DNA of 64,000 nucleotides. Source: Bacteroidales bacterium (GTDB taxonomy: Bacteria; Bacteroidota; Bacteroidia; Bacteroidales; GWA2-32-17). Both the position numbers and the translations under genes were made by a program. A model generated the notes under the pieces. That model had not been told where the DNA came from and ran no database searches. It was given only the letters and a program-made list of their open reading frames with translations. The DNA lies in assembly GCA_026416095.1 (NCBI GenBank), contig JAOAFV010000010.1:22896-86895 (forward strand), in the 5' to 3' direction. Positions 9,443-18,434 of this stretch are shown here, in pieces (position 1 is the stretch's first letter; the number at the start of each line of letters is the position of its first letter).

Positions 9443-11197
9443 CTAAAAATTTTGTTTTATTGCGATATTAAGTTCGTTTAATTGATCCGAGTCGACTTGT
9501 GAAGGAGCATCAATCATTAGATCGCGTGCATTTTGGTTTTTTGGGAATGCAATAACATCGCGAATAGATTCAACTCCGGCAAAAAGCGAACATATTCTAT
9601 CGAAACCAAAAGCAATACCACCATGAGGTGGTACGCCATACTCAAAAGCCTTCAAAAGAAAACCAAATTTTTCGTTGATTTCTTTTTCAGTAAATCCTAA
9701 ACATTTAAAAACTAGTTTTTGTAGCTTTATATCGTGAATTCTAATTGAACCACCACCAATTTCAATACCGTTTATAACTAAATCGTATGCGTTAGCTCTA
9801 ACTTTTTCTGGATTGCTTTCTAACAATTCAATATCTTCTTGTTTAGGCGAAGTAAAAGGATGATGTTTAGCATAATAACGTCGAGTTTCTTCGTCCCACT
9901 CGAACATTGGAAAATCAATAACCCATACTGGACAAAATATGTTTTTATTAATTAGGTTAAGTTGTTCTGCTACATGTTTCCTTAATTCACCCATTGCAAA
10001 GTACGTTTTCTTTTTGGGACCCGATAAAATTAAAATTATATCATTTTTTTGGGCATTACAGTTTATTGCTATTTTATTTAGGTCTTCTTGAGTATAATAT
10101 TTATCGAACGATGATTTATAGCTACCATCTGAATTAACTCGTATGTATGCCAGTCCACCACATCCAATCTGAGGTCGCCTTACAAATTGGGTTAATTCGT
10201 CAATATGTTTTCGTGTAAGCACATTACCTTGTGGTACACATATACCCAAAATAACATCTGCGTCATCAAAAATGTTAAAACCTTTCCCTTTTACTATGTT
10301 AGTGATATTAACAATTTCTAAAGAATAACGCAGATCTGGTTTATCAGATCCGTATTTTTCAATAGCTTCGGTATATTTTAGAATATTAAAATTAGTAAAA
10401 TCAATATTCAATTCCTTTTTAAAGAGGTATTTAAATAACCCTTCAAAAGTATTCAAGATATCTTCTTGTTCTACAAACGACATTTCGCAATCAAGTTGAG
10501 TAAATTCGGGTTGTCGATCTGCCCTTAAATCTTCATCGCGAAAACATCTAACTAATTGATAATATTTATCGAAACCAGCAATCATAAGAATTTGCTTAAA
10601 CAATTGTGGTGATTGAGGAAGAGCATAAAATTTACCAGGATGCAATCGAGAAGGTACAAGAAAATCTCGAGCTCCTTCTGGTGTTGACCTAATAAGCATT
10701 GGGGTTTCTATTTCAACAAAACCGGCATTGTCTAAGTATTCGCGTATATATCGAGCTAACCTATGTCGCATAAGTAAGTAATTTTGCATAATTGGGCGGC
10801 GGAGGTCAAGAAAGCGGTACTTTAACCTTAATTCTTCACTGCCATTTGTTTCGTTTTCTATTAAAAAAGGTGGAATTTCTGATTTGTTTAATATCAATAT
10901 TTCTTCAACTTGAATTTCTATATCACCTGTTGCTAATTTGGGATTTTTAGATTCTCGTTCAATTACTTTGCCTTTTGCTTTAATTACATATTCTCTTGCT
11001 AAAGAATTTACTATATTTAATAAATCTTCTGAGGCTTTATCTTTAAATATTGTTAGCTGAGTTATGCCATATCTATCGCGTAGGTCGATCCATATTATTG
11101 ACCCCATGTCTCTTATGCGTCTAATCCACCCACATAGAATAACTTCTTTGTTTACATCGGTAATTCTTAATTCGCCACAATTATGTGTTCTTAACAT
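9443..11197 (-). CDS. aspS: aspartate--tRNA ligase
   Basis: 584 aa with class II motifs FRDEDLRADRQPEFTQLD, GGGSIRIH and GFDR. Confidence 0.95.
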   Translation of the reverse strand: MLRTHNCGELRITDVNKEVILCGWIRRIRDMGSIIWIDLRDRYGITQLTIFKDKASEDLLNIVNSLAREYVIKAKGKVIERESKNPKLATGDIEIQVEEILILNKSEIPPFLIENETNGSEELRLKYRFLDLRRPIMQNYLLMRHRLARYIREYLDNAGFVEIETPMLIRSTPEGARDFLVPSRLHPGKFYALPQSPQLFKQILMIAGFDKYYQLVRCFRDEDLRADRQPEFTQLDCEMSFVEQEDILNTFEGLFKYLFKKELNIDFTNFNILKYTEAIEKYGSDKPDLRYSLEIVNITNIVKGKGFNIFDDADVILGICVPQGNVLTRKHIDELTQFVRRPQIGCGGLAYIRVNSDGSYKSSFDKYYTQEDLNKIAINCNAQKNDIILILSGPKKKTYFAMGELRKHVAEQLNLINKNIFCPVWVIDFPMFEWDEETRRYYAKHHPFTSPKQEDIELLESNPEKVRANAYDLVINGIEIGGGSIRIHDIKLQKLVFKCLGFTEKEINEKFGFLLKAFEYGVPPHGGIAFGFDRICSLFAGVESIRDVIAFPKNQNARDLMIDAPSQVDSDQLNELNIAIKQNF

Positions 11198-11202
11198 ACA
11201 AT

Positions 11203-11997
11203 TTAATTTTTAAAATGTCTTTTCATTATTGCAAGAATTTCGTTGTAAATATAAGGATTTGATGCTACAATCTCTTTACCAAATAAATAATTTTCTCCAC
11301 CAGAAAAATCTGAAACCACACCACCAGCCTGTTTTACTAAAAAAGCACCAGCCGCTACATCCCATGGATTTAAATTATGTTCATAAAAAGCATCGCCTTT
11401 ACCAGAAGCGATGTATGCCAAGTCGGTAGCTGCACTTCCAAGTCTTCTTACACCACTTGAATATTTAAAAAAGTGGCCAATAACATCTAAAATTTTGTTT
11501 AATATTGTTATGTCGTGCAAAGGAAATCCTGTTATTATTAAACTTTTGTCTAATGATTTAATATTACTTACCCTTATTTTTTTTTTATTTAAGTATGCAT
11601 CTCCATTTTTCCATGTATAATAACATTCTTTGCGACTTATTTCGTATATTACTCCTATGAGAGGTTCATGATAATTATATAATGCTACTGAAATAGCTAC
11701 CGGAGGTAATTTATGAATATAATTGGTTGTACCGTCAAGTGGATCTATTATAAAAGTTTTATCTGTAAGAGTGTTTGTTGAATTAATTTCTTCGGTTAAG
11801 AAACTAGCTCCTGGAAGTAATTTAGAAAGTTTTTCGATTAAGTATTTTTCACAATAGATATCGACTTTTGTTACATAATTGTGTATGCTTTTTTCTTCCG
11901 ATGTTATTTCTGGATTTTTTTCCCATTGTTCTAATGCATATTCACCTGCTTCGGTAACAACCTCGCAAATTTTATAACATAAATTTTCATAATTCAT
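11203..11997 (-). CDS. inositol monophosphatase family protein (SuhB-like)
   Basis: 264 aa with DPLDGTTNY and WDVAAG motifs. Confidence 0.85.
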   Translation of the reverse strand: MNYENLCYKICEVVTEAGEYALEQWEKNPEITSEEKSIHNYVTKVDIYCEKYLIEKLSKLLPGASFLTEEINSTNTLTDKTFIIDPLDGTTNYIHKLPPVAISVALYNYHEPLIGVIYEISRKECYYTWKNGDAYLNKKKIRVSNIKSLDKSLIITGFPLHDITILNKILDVIGHFFKYSSGVRRLGSAATDLAYIASGKGDAFYEHNLNPWDVAAGAFLVKQAGGVVSDFSGGENYLFGKEIVASNPYIYNEILAIMKRHFKN

Positions 11998-13252
11998 AAA
12001 GAGAAAATTTAGGGCGTAAATTTATTATATTATCTGTTAAAACTATCTCATAAATTTCATTTGGCTTATAAATACTTGAATTTAGCGATACTTCAATATA
12101 GTTTTCAGTATAGCCTGTGTAACTATCTTTTATTTTTTTGTGCTCAACAAGTACCTTTTGGGTTTCTCCAATATTTTTTTTAATAAATTCTTTGTACTTA
12201 AATGCAGATAGCTTATGCAATAATAAACTTCTTTCTTTTTTTATTTTAGGGGGCACCTTGTTTGTTAATTTGGCAGCAATTGTATTATCTCGTTCAGAGT
12301 ATTTAAAAACGTGTAAGTAAGAGAAATCTAAGCTTTTAAGTAGATTATATGTATCTTCAAAATGTTTGTCTGATTCTCCGGGAAAACCTACAATAACGTC
12401 TATTCCAATGGCTGCCTTATTGTTAATTTTATTAATATACTTTATTTTACTACAAAAGTCTTCAACAGTATACCTACGTTTCATTAAAGTGAGTATTTCA
12501 TTATTGCCCGATTGTAATGGAATATGAAAGTGTGGCAAAATTTTTTTAGAATTTAAAATAAACTCTATAAGTTCAAAAGTTAGTAAATCAGGTTCAACAG
12601 AAGACAATCGTACTCTCGGTATTAACGAATATTTTTCGATCGATTGAAGTAATTCCTTAAAACTTTCGCCAGTTGATTTTCCAAAATCACCTAAATTTAT
12701 GCCTGTTAATATAACTTCTTTAAAATTATTATTGTATAAATAATTAATTGTTTCTATAACCTTATTAATAGGCACGTTTTTACTATTTCCTCTTGCAAAA
12801 GGCACCTTACAATAAGAACAATAGTAATCGCAACCGTCTTGGACTTTAACAAATGCTCGAGTTCGAGATGAAATAGAATAGGAGAAAAAAAAACTAGATT
12901 CAATAGATGAATATGATTTGTTAGAAATAATTTCATTAAAGTAGTTTTTTTCTGAATTTGTAAATATAAAATCTATTTCTTTTAAATTTTGTAATCGTTC
13001 TTTATCTGTTGTTGCTAAACATCCTGTAACGAAAATTTTTGCCGAAGGATTAATTTTTTTTAAACGTTTTATTGAATAAATAGACTTTTTATCTGCAGTA
13101 TGTGTTACTGTACACGTATTTACAACAATAATATTAGCATTTTCTGCATTATTTGTAATTTCATATTCATTTTTTTCAGCAATTTGCTGAAGCGCACACG
13201 TTTCGGTATAATTTAACTTACAACCTAAGGTGTGAAAATAAATCTTCAACAT
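11987..13252 (-). CDS. mtaB: tRNA t6A37 methylthiotransferase (radical SAM MTTase, MtaB type)
   Basis: 421 aa. N-terminal FHTLGCKLN MTTase domain, radical-SAM CDYYCSYC (CxxxCxxC), C-terminal TRAM-like region. Confidence 0.8.
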   Translation of the reverse strand: MLKIYFHTLGCKLNYTETCALQQIAEKNEYEITNNAENANIIVVNTCTVTHTADKKSIYSIKRLKKINPSAKIFVTGCLATTDKERLQNLKEIDFIFTNSEKNYFNEIISNKSYSSIESSFFFSYSISSRTRAFVKVQDGCDYYCSYCKVPFARGNSKNVPINKVIETINYLYNNNFKEVILTGINLGDFGKSTGESFKELLQSIEKYSLIPRVRLSSVEPDLLTFELIEFILNSKKILPHFHIPLQSGNNEILTLMKRRYTVEDFCSKIKYINKINNKAAIGIDVIVGFPGESDKHFEDTYNLLKSLDFSYLHVFKYSERDNTIAAKLTNKVPPKIKKERSLLLHKLSAFKYKEFIKKNIGETQKVLVEHKKIKDSYTGYTENYIEVSLNSSIYKPNEIYEIVLTDNIINLRPKFSLYEL

Positions 13253-13256
13253 TTAA

Positions 13257-14000
13257 TTAACTAATAGCTTTAGCAATTTCGTCGGTTATGTTAAGATTAT
13301 GCCATACATTTTGCACATCGTCTAACTCTTCGAATTCTTCTATCATTTTTAGTACTTTTTGTGCTGTTTCAAGATCTACTGTTTTATATTCGTTAGGTAT
13401 TGCTCTAATTTCGGCATTTTCGGGTTCAATTTTCATTTCTTCCAGTTTTTTGTTAACTTTTCCAAAATATTCGCGGGGACATGTAAGAATAAGCACATCG
13501 TCTTGTTCATCAATGTCTTCAACGCCGGCATCAATAATTTCAAGTTCAAATTCTTCACGATTTTTAATTTTACTAATTGGTATGGTAAATGTTCCTTTTC
13601 TTTCGAAAAGAAAAGATAAAGACCCTTTTGTTCCTAAGCTACCACCGCGTTTATTAAATATTGCTCTTATATTACTTACTGTGCGATTATTATTATCGGT
13701 TAAACAATCTATTATTACTGCAACACCACCAGGAGTATAGCCTTCAAAAGTAACTTCTTGCAAATTTGCTCCTTCTTCATTAGCTTTATTAATAGCCCTT
13801 TGTATATTTTCTTTGGGCATATTTGCTCCTTTTGCATTTTGCAAAGCTAATCTTAGGCGAGGATTAAGGTCAGGATCGGCCCCACCTTCCCTAACAGCAA
13901 CTTGTATTTCCTTTACAATTTTTGTAAAAATTTTTGACTTTTTTGCATCTTGTGCTTCTTTTTTACGTTTAATTGTCGACCACTTATTATGACCTGACAT
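13257..14000 (-). CDS. yebC: YebC/PmpR family DNA-binding transcriptional regulator
   Basis: 247 aa. MSGHNKWSTIKRKK N-terminus is diagnostic. Confidence 0.9.
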   Translation of the reverse strand: MSGHNKWSTIKRKKEAQDAKKSKIFTKIVKEIQVAVREGGADPDLNPRLRLALQNAKGANMPKENIQRAINKANEEGANLQEVTFEGYTPGGVAVIIDCLTDNNNRTVSNIRAIFNKRGGSLGTKGSLSFLFERKGTFTIPISKIKNREEFELEIIDAGVEDIDEQDDVLILTCPREYFGKVNKKLEEMKIEPENAEIRAIPNEYKTVDLETAQKVLKMIEEFEELDDVQNVWHNLNITDEIAKAIS

Positions 14001-14010
14001 ATTTTTTTTG

Positions 14011-14018
14011 CAAATTTA
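14011..14018 (-). promoter_or_regulatory. candidate -7 promoter box (TAAATTTG on minus strand) for yebC
   Basis: Minus strand reads TAAATTTGCAAAAAAAATATG. The same TAAATTTGCA + A-run architecture recurs upstream of frr, the DUF2179 gene and the 36094 gene. Confidence 0.4.
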
Positions 14019-14097
14019 ATGCAAAAAAGTTAATAATTAAATAAAAAATTGCACTTTCAAGAATAAAAAATAGTTATTAATTTTACTCAAAAAAATT

Positions 14098-15621
14098 ATG
14101 ACAAAAACTCGTCTTACGCAAGGGCAAAAATTAGTACAAGATTTAAGATTATCGCCTCAACACTTACAAGTAATAAAGTTACTAGAACTGCCAGTTATGG
14201 AATTAGAAGAAAAAATAAAAGAGGAAATAGAAGAAAATCCAGCACTCGAAGAAGTGACAGATAATGAAGTAGAACCAGAAATAGTAAATACAAACGATTT
14301 CGAAAGTGAAAATCTTCAAGAAGAAAATAGCGAAGAAACTTTAGAAGATGAAGTTTCGAAAGAAGAGGTAGATAGTTTAAAAAATGAAGAAGAATTTAGC
14401 TTTTCCGACTATTTAGGCGACGATGAAAAAGAAGATATACCTTATTATCTTTCAAATTCACAATATAGCAACAATGATGAACAACCCGACCTTTTTGTTT
14501 CTTCGCAATCTAATTTTTATGATAACTTAAAAGAGCAAATTCAATTTTTAAACCTTGACGAAAAACAAAAGGTAATTGCAAATTATATAATTGGTAGTAT
14601 TGACGATAAAGGGTATTTGCAAAGAGAGACAGAAGCAATTGTCGACGATTTACTTTTAATGTATAATATAAAAACATCGACAGTAGAAGTAGAACATATA
14701 ATTGGTTTAATTCAAACTCTTGATCCTCCTGGAATCTGTGCAAGAAATATACAAGAAAATTTCATTATTCAATTAAAAAGAAAGCCAAAAACAAAAGTAC
14801 AAGCAATTGCGTTAGAAATAGTTGAAAAGCAATTTGAAAACTTAATGAAAAAGCATTATAATAAAATAATAGAAAAATTAAACATCGACGAAAATGAGTT
14901 TAAAGATGCTCTAAACTTAATAAATAAATTGAATATTAATCCGGCCGATACATTTACCGATGCAATAGCTGAAAGTAAGAATATAATAGTTCCAGATTTT
15001 ATAGTAGAAATAATAGACGACGAATTTAATATAAGTTTAAATTCATCAAACACTCCAGAGCTACGGGTAAACAAAAAGATGATTGAGTTATATGAATCTC
15101 TTAAAAAAGGGAAGAAAAAGAATAAAAAAGAGTTAAAATATATAGAAGAAAATGTAAATAAAGCACAACTTTTTATAGATGCTATTCAACAACGACAAAC
15201 CACTATGATTAATGTAATGAAAGCTATTGTACAAATTCAAAAAGACTTTTTTTATGAAGGCGACAGAAAATTCATAAAGCCAATGATTTTAAAAGATGTT
15301 GCAGAAAAAACAAATTACGATATAAGTACTATTTCCAGAGTAGTAAGTAATAAGTATGTACAAACACCATATGGAATTTTTCCTTTAAAGATATTTTTTA
15401 GTGAGGCTTTAAAAACTTCTAATAATGAAGAAGTATCGGTTCATGTACTGAAAGAAAAAATACTTGAAATAATTAAAAACGAAGATAAGAAAAAACCTTA
15501 TACAGATAACGAAATAGCAAAAATACTTAAAGAAAACGGTTTTAATGTGGCACGTCGTACCGTAACCAAATACAGAGAAGCAATGGAAATTCCAGTTGCT
15601 CGCTTAAGAAAAGAATTATAA
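14098..15621 (+). CDS. rpoN: RNA polymerase sigma-54 factor
   Basis: 507 aa. Region I (LSPQHLQVIKLLELPVMELEEKI), an acidic linker, and a C-terminal RpoN box (ARRTVTKYRE). Confidence 0.95.
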   Translation: MTKTRLTQGQKLVQDLRLSPQHLQVIKLLELPVMELEEKIKEEIEENPALEEVTDNEVEPEIVNTNDFESENLQEENSEETLEDEVSKEEVDSLKNEEEFSFSDYLGDDEKEDIPYYLSNSQYSNNDEQPDLFVSSQSNFYDNLKEQIQFLNLDEKQKVIANYIIGSIDDKGYLQRETEAIVDDLLLMYNIKTSTVEVEHIIGLIQTLDPPGICARNIQENFIIQLKRKPKTKVQAIALEIVEKQFENLMKKHYNKIIEKLNIDENEFKDALNLINKLNINPADTFTDAIAESKNIIVPDFIVEIIDDEFNISLNSSNTPELRVNKKMIELYESLKKGKKKNKKELKYIEENVNKAQLFIDAIQQRQTTMINVMKAIVQIQKDFFYEGDRKFIKPMILKDVAEKTNYDISTISRVVSNKYVQTPYGIFPLKIFFSEALKTSNNEEVSVHVLKEKILEIIKNEDKKKPYTDNEIAKILKENGFNVARRTVTKYREAMEIPVARLRKEL

Positions 15622-15628
15622 CAGTAAT

Positions 15629-16267
15629 ATGAGTTTTTTAGAAAAGATTGAATACTATTTTTTTTACTTCATATCGATTATTTTTCATCCATTACTTATG
15701 CCATCACTTGTTTTTGTTTTTTTGTTTTATAATAAAAATTCTTTTATTTATAGTTTCATAAATTACAATATTGCACTTAACACTTTGTTTATGTTATTTA
15801 TTTTTTCAGTCGTAATACCCCTTATTTTAATATTATTTATGAAGTTATTAAAAGTAATAGCTTCCATAACAACACCAGCTAAAGGTGAAAGAATATTAAT
15901 GAGCATTATTGTAGGTATATTTATCTTTGAACTTTATTTATTTTATTCGAAATTATACCCCTTTAATGTACTTTTTAAGAGATATATTTTAATAATATTG
16001 CTTCTTATTATTTTTACTACAATTTCAAAATTTAGTTATCATTCATATAGTGCTGGTGCAATGTTGAGTTTATTATTATTGTATTATTTTTCGTCGTTTT
16101 CTAAGTATTTATATAACACAAACATGGCTGTATTGCTTTCTTTATTTTTAATTTCCGGACTTATATTAACTTCTCGACTTGTTACTAAAGCACATAGTTT
16201 TTCGCAAGTAATTCGAGGGTTTATTATGGGAGTAATAAGTAGTTTTATTACATTTGTAATTTTTTAA
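15629..16267 (+). CDS. polytopic membrane protein, weak PAP2-like C-terminal motif
   Basis: 212 aa, 5-6 TM segments. SRLVTKAHSFSQVIRGFIMG loosely resembles PAP2 motif 3 (SRxxxxxHxxxDxxxG) with D replaced by Q. Weak call. Confidence 0.3.
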   Translation: MSFLEKIEYYFFYFISIIFHPLLMPSLVFVFLFYNKNSFIYSFINYNIALNTLFMLFIFSVVIPLILILFMKLLKVIASITTPAKGERILMSIIVGIFIFELYLFYSKLYPFNVLFKRYILIILLLIIFTTISKFSYHSYSAGAMLSLLLLYYFSSFSKYLYNTNMAVLLSLFLISGLILTSRLVTKAHSFSQVIRGFIMGVISSFITFVIF

Positions 16268-16276
16268 CTAATATTC

Positions 16277-17002
16277 ATGAAATTAAAAAGAATTTTACTT
16301 AAATTGAGTGGTGAATATTTAGGAGACGAAAATGGAGTAGGTATAAGTTATGAAAAATTAGAAATGTATTCAAATGAAATCTTGAAAGCATATGAGTTAT
16401 CGACTCAAATAGCAATAGTTATTGGGGGGGGGAATATATTTAGAGGCTTAAAAGGATCAAAATCTGGATTTGATCGAGTAATTGGCGATCAAATAGGAAT
16501 GTTAGCAACAGTTATTAATAGTTTAGCTTTAAAATGGTCTCTTGAGAGAAAAAATATTAAAGTAAAAGTTTATTCAGCTTTTGTTGTTAACTCATATACA
16601 GAACTTTATAATTCACAAAAAGTTATTAAAGATTTGGAGCAAGGTTTTGTATGTTTATTATCTGGAGGCACAGGCAATCCATATTTTACAACCGACACAG
16701 CAGGGGCACTAAGGGCCATTGAAATAAAAGCCGACGCCCTTTTAAAGGGCACTAAAGTAGATGGTATATACGATTCTGATCCTCTAAAAAATCCAAAAGC
16801 TAAATTATATAAAACAATATCGTATAAATTGGCAATTCAAAAAAATTTAGAAGTTATGGATATAACTGCATTTACCCTATGTCAAGAAAATAATATGCCT
16901 ATAATTGTATTTAATATTAATAAGAAAGAAAATTTAGTAAACATAATAAAAGGTAATATTTGCGGTACTGTTGTTAAAGGAACTGTAAATGATGGCTTTT
17001 AA
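16277..17002 (+). CDS. pyrH: UMP kinase
   Basis: 241 aa with KRILLKLSGE, GGGNIFRG and GNPYFTTDTAA-like motifs. Confidence 0.95.
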   Translation: MKLKRILLKLSGEYLGDENGVGISYEKLEMYSNEILKAYELSTQIAIVIGGGNIFRGLKGSKSGFDRVIGDQIGMLATVINSLALKWSLERKNIKVKVYSAFVVNSYTELYNSQKVIKDLEQGFVCLLSGGTGNPYFTTDTAGALRAIEIKADALLKGTKVDGIYDSDPLKNPKAKLYKTISYKLAIQKNLEVMDITAFTLCQENNMPIIVFNINKKENLVNIIKGNICGTVVKGTVNDGF

Positions 17003-17061
17003 ACATAAAACTAATTTTATATTTAACTATTTATCTTTCTAAAATATGCTGTAATATAGTA

Positions 17062-17673
17062 TTATTTAATATTAAAATCGAAAACTAAAATATTATTAAT
17101 ATAACCTTTAAGGTTATCTCCTTTTTGAACGGGCCCAACACCTGCGGGCGTACCAGAAAATATTAAATCTCCAATTTTTAGTGTCATAAATTTTGAAACG
17201 TACGAGATAATTTTGTCTATTTTAAAAATCATATCAGACACATTTGAATGCTGAACAATTCTGTTATTAAGCAAAAGTTTAAATTCTATTTTATTAATGT
17301 TGTCAAATTTTGTTTTTTCTATAAATGAACCAATAACAGCTGAATTATCAAAAGCTTTACATATTTCCCAAGGATAGCCGTTTTTTATGCATTTTCTTTG
17401 AAGATCGCGAGCTGTAAAATCAATTCCTGCGGTAATTTTGTCGTAATACCTATGAGCAAATCGTTCTGAAATATTTTTTCCTACTTTGCAAATATGATAC
17501 ACAACTTCAATTTCGTAATGAAGCTCGTTTGTAAATGAAGGTAATATAAAAGGCTTATTATTTTTTAGTAATGCACAATCGGGTTTAAGAAAAAATATTA
17601 TTTCGGTTGGTGTATCATTATTAAACTCTTTTACATGCGATAAATAATTGTTGGCAATACATATTATTTTCAT
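17062..17673 (-). CDS. fumarylacetoacetate hydrolase (FAH) family protein
   Basis: 203 aa. KIICIANNY..H N-terminus, HYEIE.., and a GDLIFSGTPAGVGPV C-terminal motif. Confidence 0.8.
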   Translation of the reverse strand: MKIICIANNYLSHVKEFNNDTPTEIIFFLKPDCALLKNNKPFILPSFTNELHYEIEVVYHICKVGKNISERFAHRYYDKITAGIDFTARDLQRKCIKNGYPWEICKAFDNSAVIGSFIEKTKFDNINKIEFKLLLNNRIVQHSNVSDMIFKIDKIISYVSKFMTLKIGDLIFSGTPAGVGPVQKGDNLKGYINNILVFDFNIK

Positions 17674-18434
17674 TTTTTAATGCTTTTATATATTTCGTTT
17701 ATTATCAATTTTGTATTCTGAGGGAATTCGGCGTTCATTATCCATCCTAAATATCCAGTATTTTCTCTTAATACATCTGCTACTGGTAAACCTTTATATT
17801 TACCAAAATTAAAAATAGGTTCATTATTTTCGTTGGTAATAATAAAACCATTTATATCAATAAGTTTTTTGTAATTTGTAAACTTATTGTATTCTTCAAT
17901 ATTTTCCGATAATTCCGGATATATTTGCAATTGTTGTAAAAAAATTTCAAAAGTTGCTTTAGCATCGTTTAAAGCGCGATGAGCATCTGTTAATATTTTG
18001 TTACAATAAAAATTATAAGCTGCTTCTAATGTTCGTTTTTCATAATATAAATAAATATTTCTTACATCGATAACACTAATGTTTCGATAGTTGAATTGAA
18101 TGTTACATCTTAAAAATTCTTCGACAAGAAAAGGCAAATCGAAGTTAATAATATTAAATCCGGCTAAGTCGGAATTTGCAAGTATTTCGTAAAGTTCAGA
18201 GGCAATTTCTTTAAAACGAGGTTTATTTTTTACCATTTCATTTGTTATATGGTGAATTTTTATTGTTTCTTCTGGTATTTTCTTTTCAGGGTTTATTAAG
18301 TAATTATATTCTTTTATACTTTTGTCGGGAAAAAATTTAATTAATCCTATTTCGATGATCCTATCTTTAACTATATTTAATCCTGTGGTTTCAATATCTA
18401 AGAATATGAGAGGACGTTTAAGCTTTAATTTCAT
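17670..18434 (-). CDS. DEDDh 3'-5' exonuclease (DnaQ/epsilon-like) with a C-terminal DUF3820-like tail
   Basis: 254 aa with Exo I FLDIETTGL, Exo II GFNIINFDLPFL and Exo III HRALNDA motifs. Confidence 0.8.
   Translation of the reverse strand: MKLKLKRPLIFLDIETTGLNIVKDRIIEIGLIKFFPDKSIKEYNYLINPEKKIPEETIKIHHITNEMVKNKPRFKEIASELYEILANSDLAGFNIINFDLPFLVEEFLRCNIQFNYRNISVIDVRNIYLYYEKRTLEAAYNFYCNKILTDAHRALNDAKATFEIFLQQLQIYPELSENIEEYNKFTNYKKLIDINGFIITNENNEPIFNFGKYKGLPVADVLRENTGYLGWIMNAEFPQNTKLIINEIYKSIKK

Noticed and set aside
13288-13740. 150-aa and 86-aa plus-strand ORFs lying antisense within yebC. Similar antisense ORFs lie within suhB-like (11229..11620), fabH (22557..22799, 23092..23448), plsX (24123..24305), the ABC permease (49183..49491), the PDF gene (62465..62791) and frr (63040..63291).
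   Set aside because: Each lies entirely inside a strongly recognisable conserved gene on the other strand. Their translations are low-complexity (S/F/L/I-rich) with no family resemblance. Long stop-free antisense frames are expected opposite A/G-rich coding strands in AT-rich genomes.
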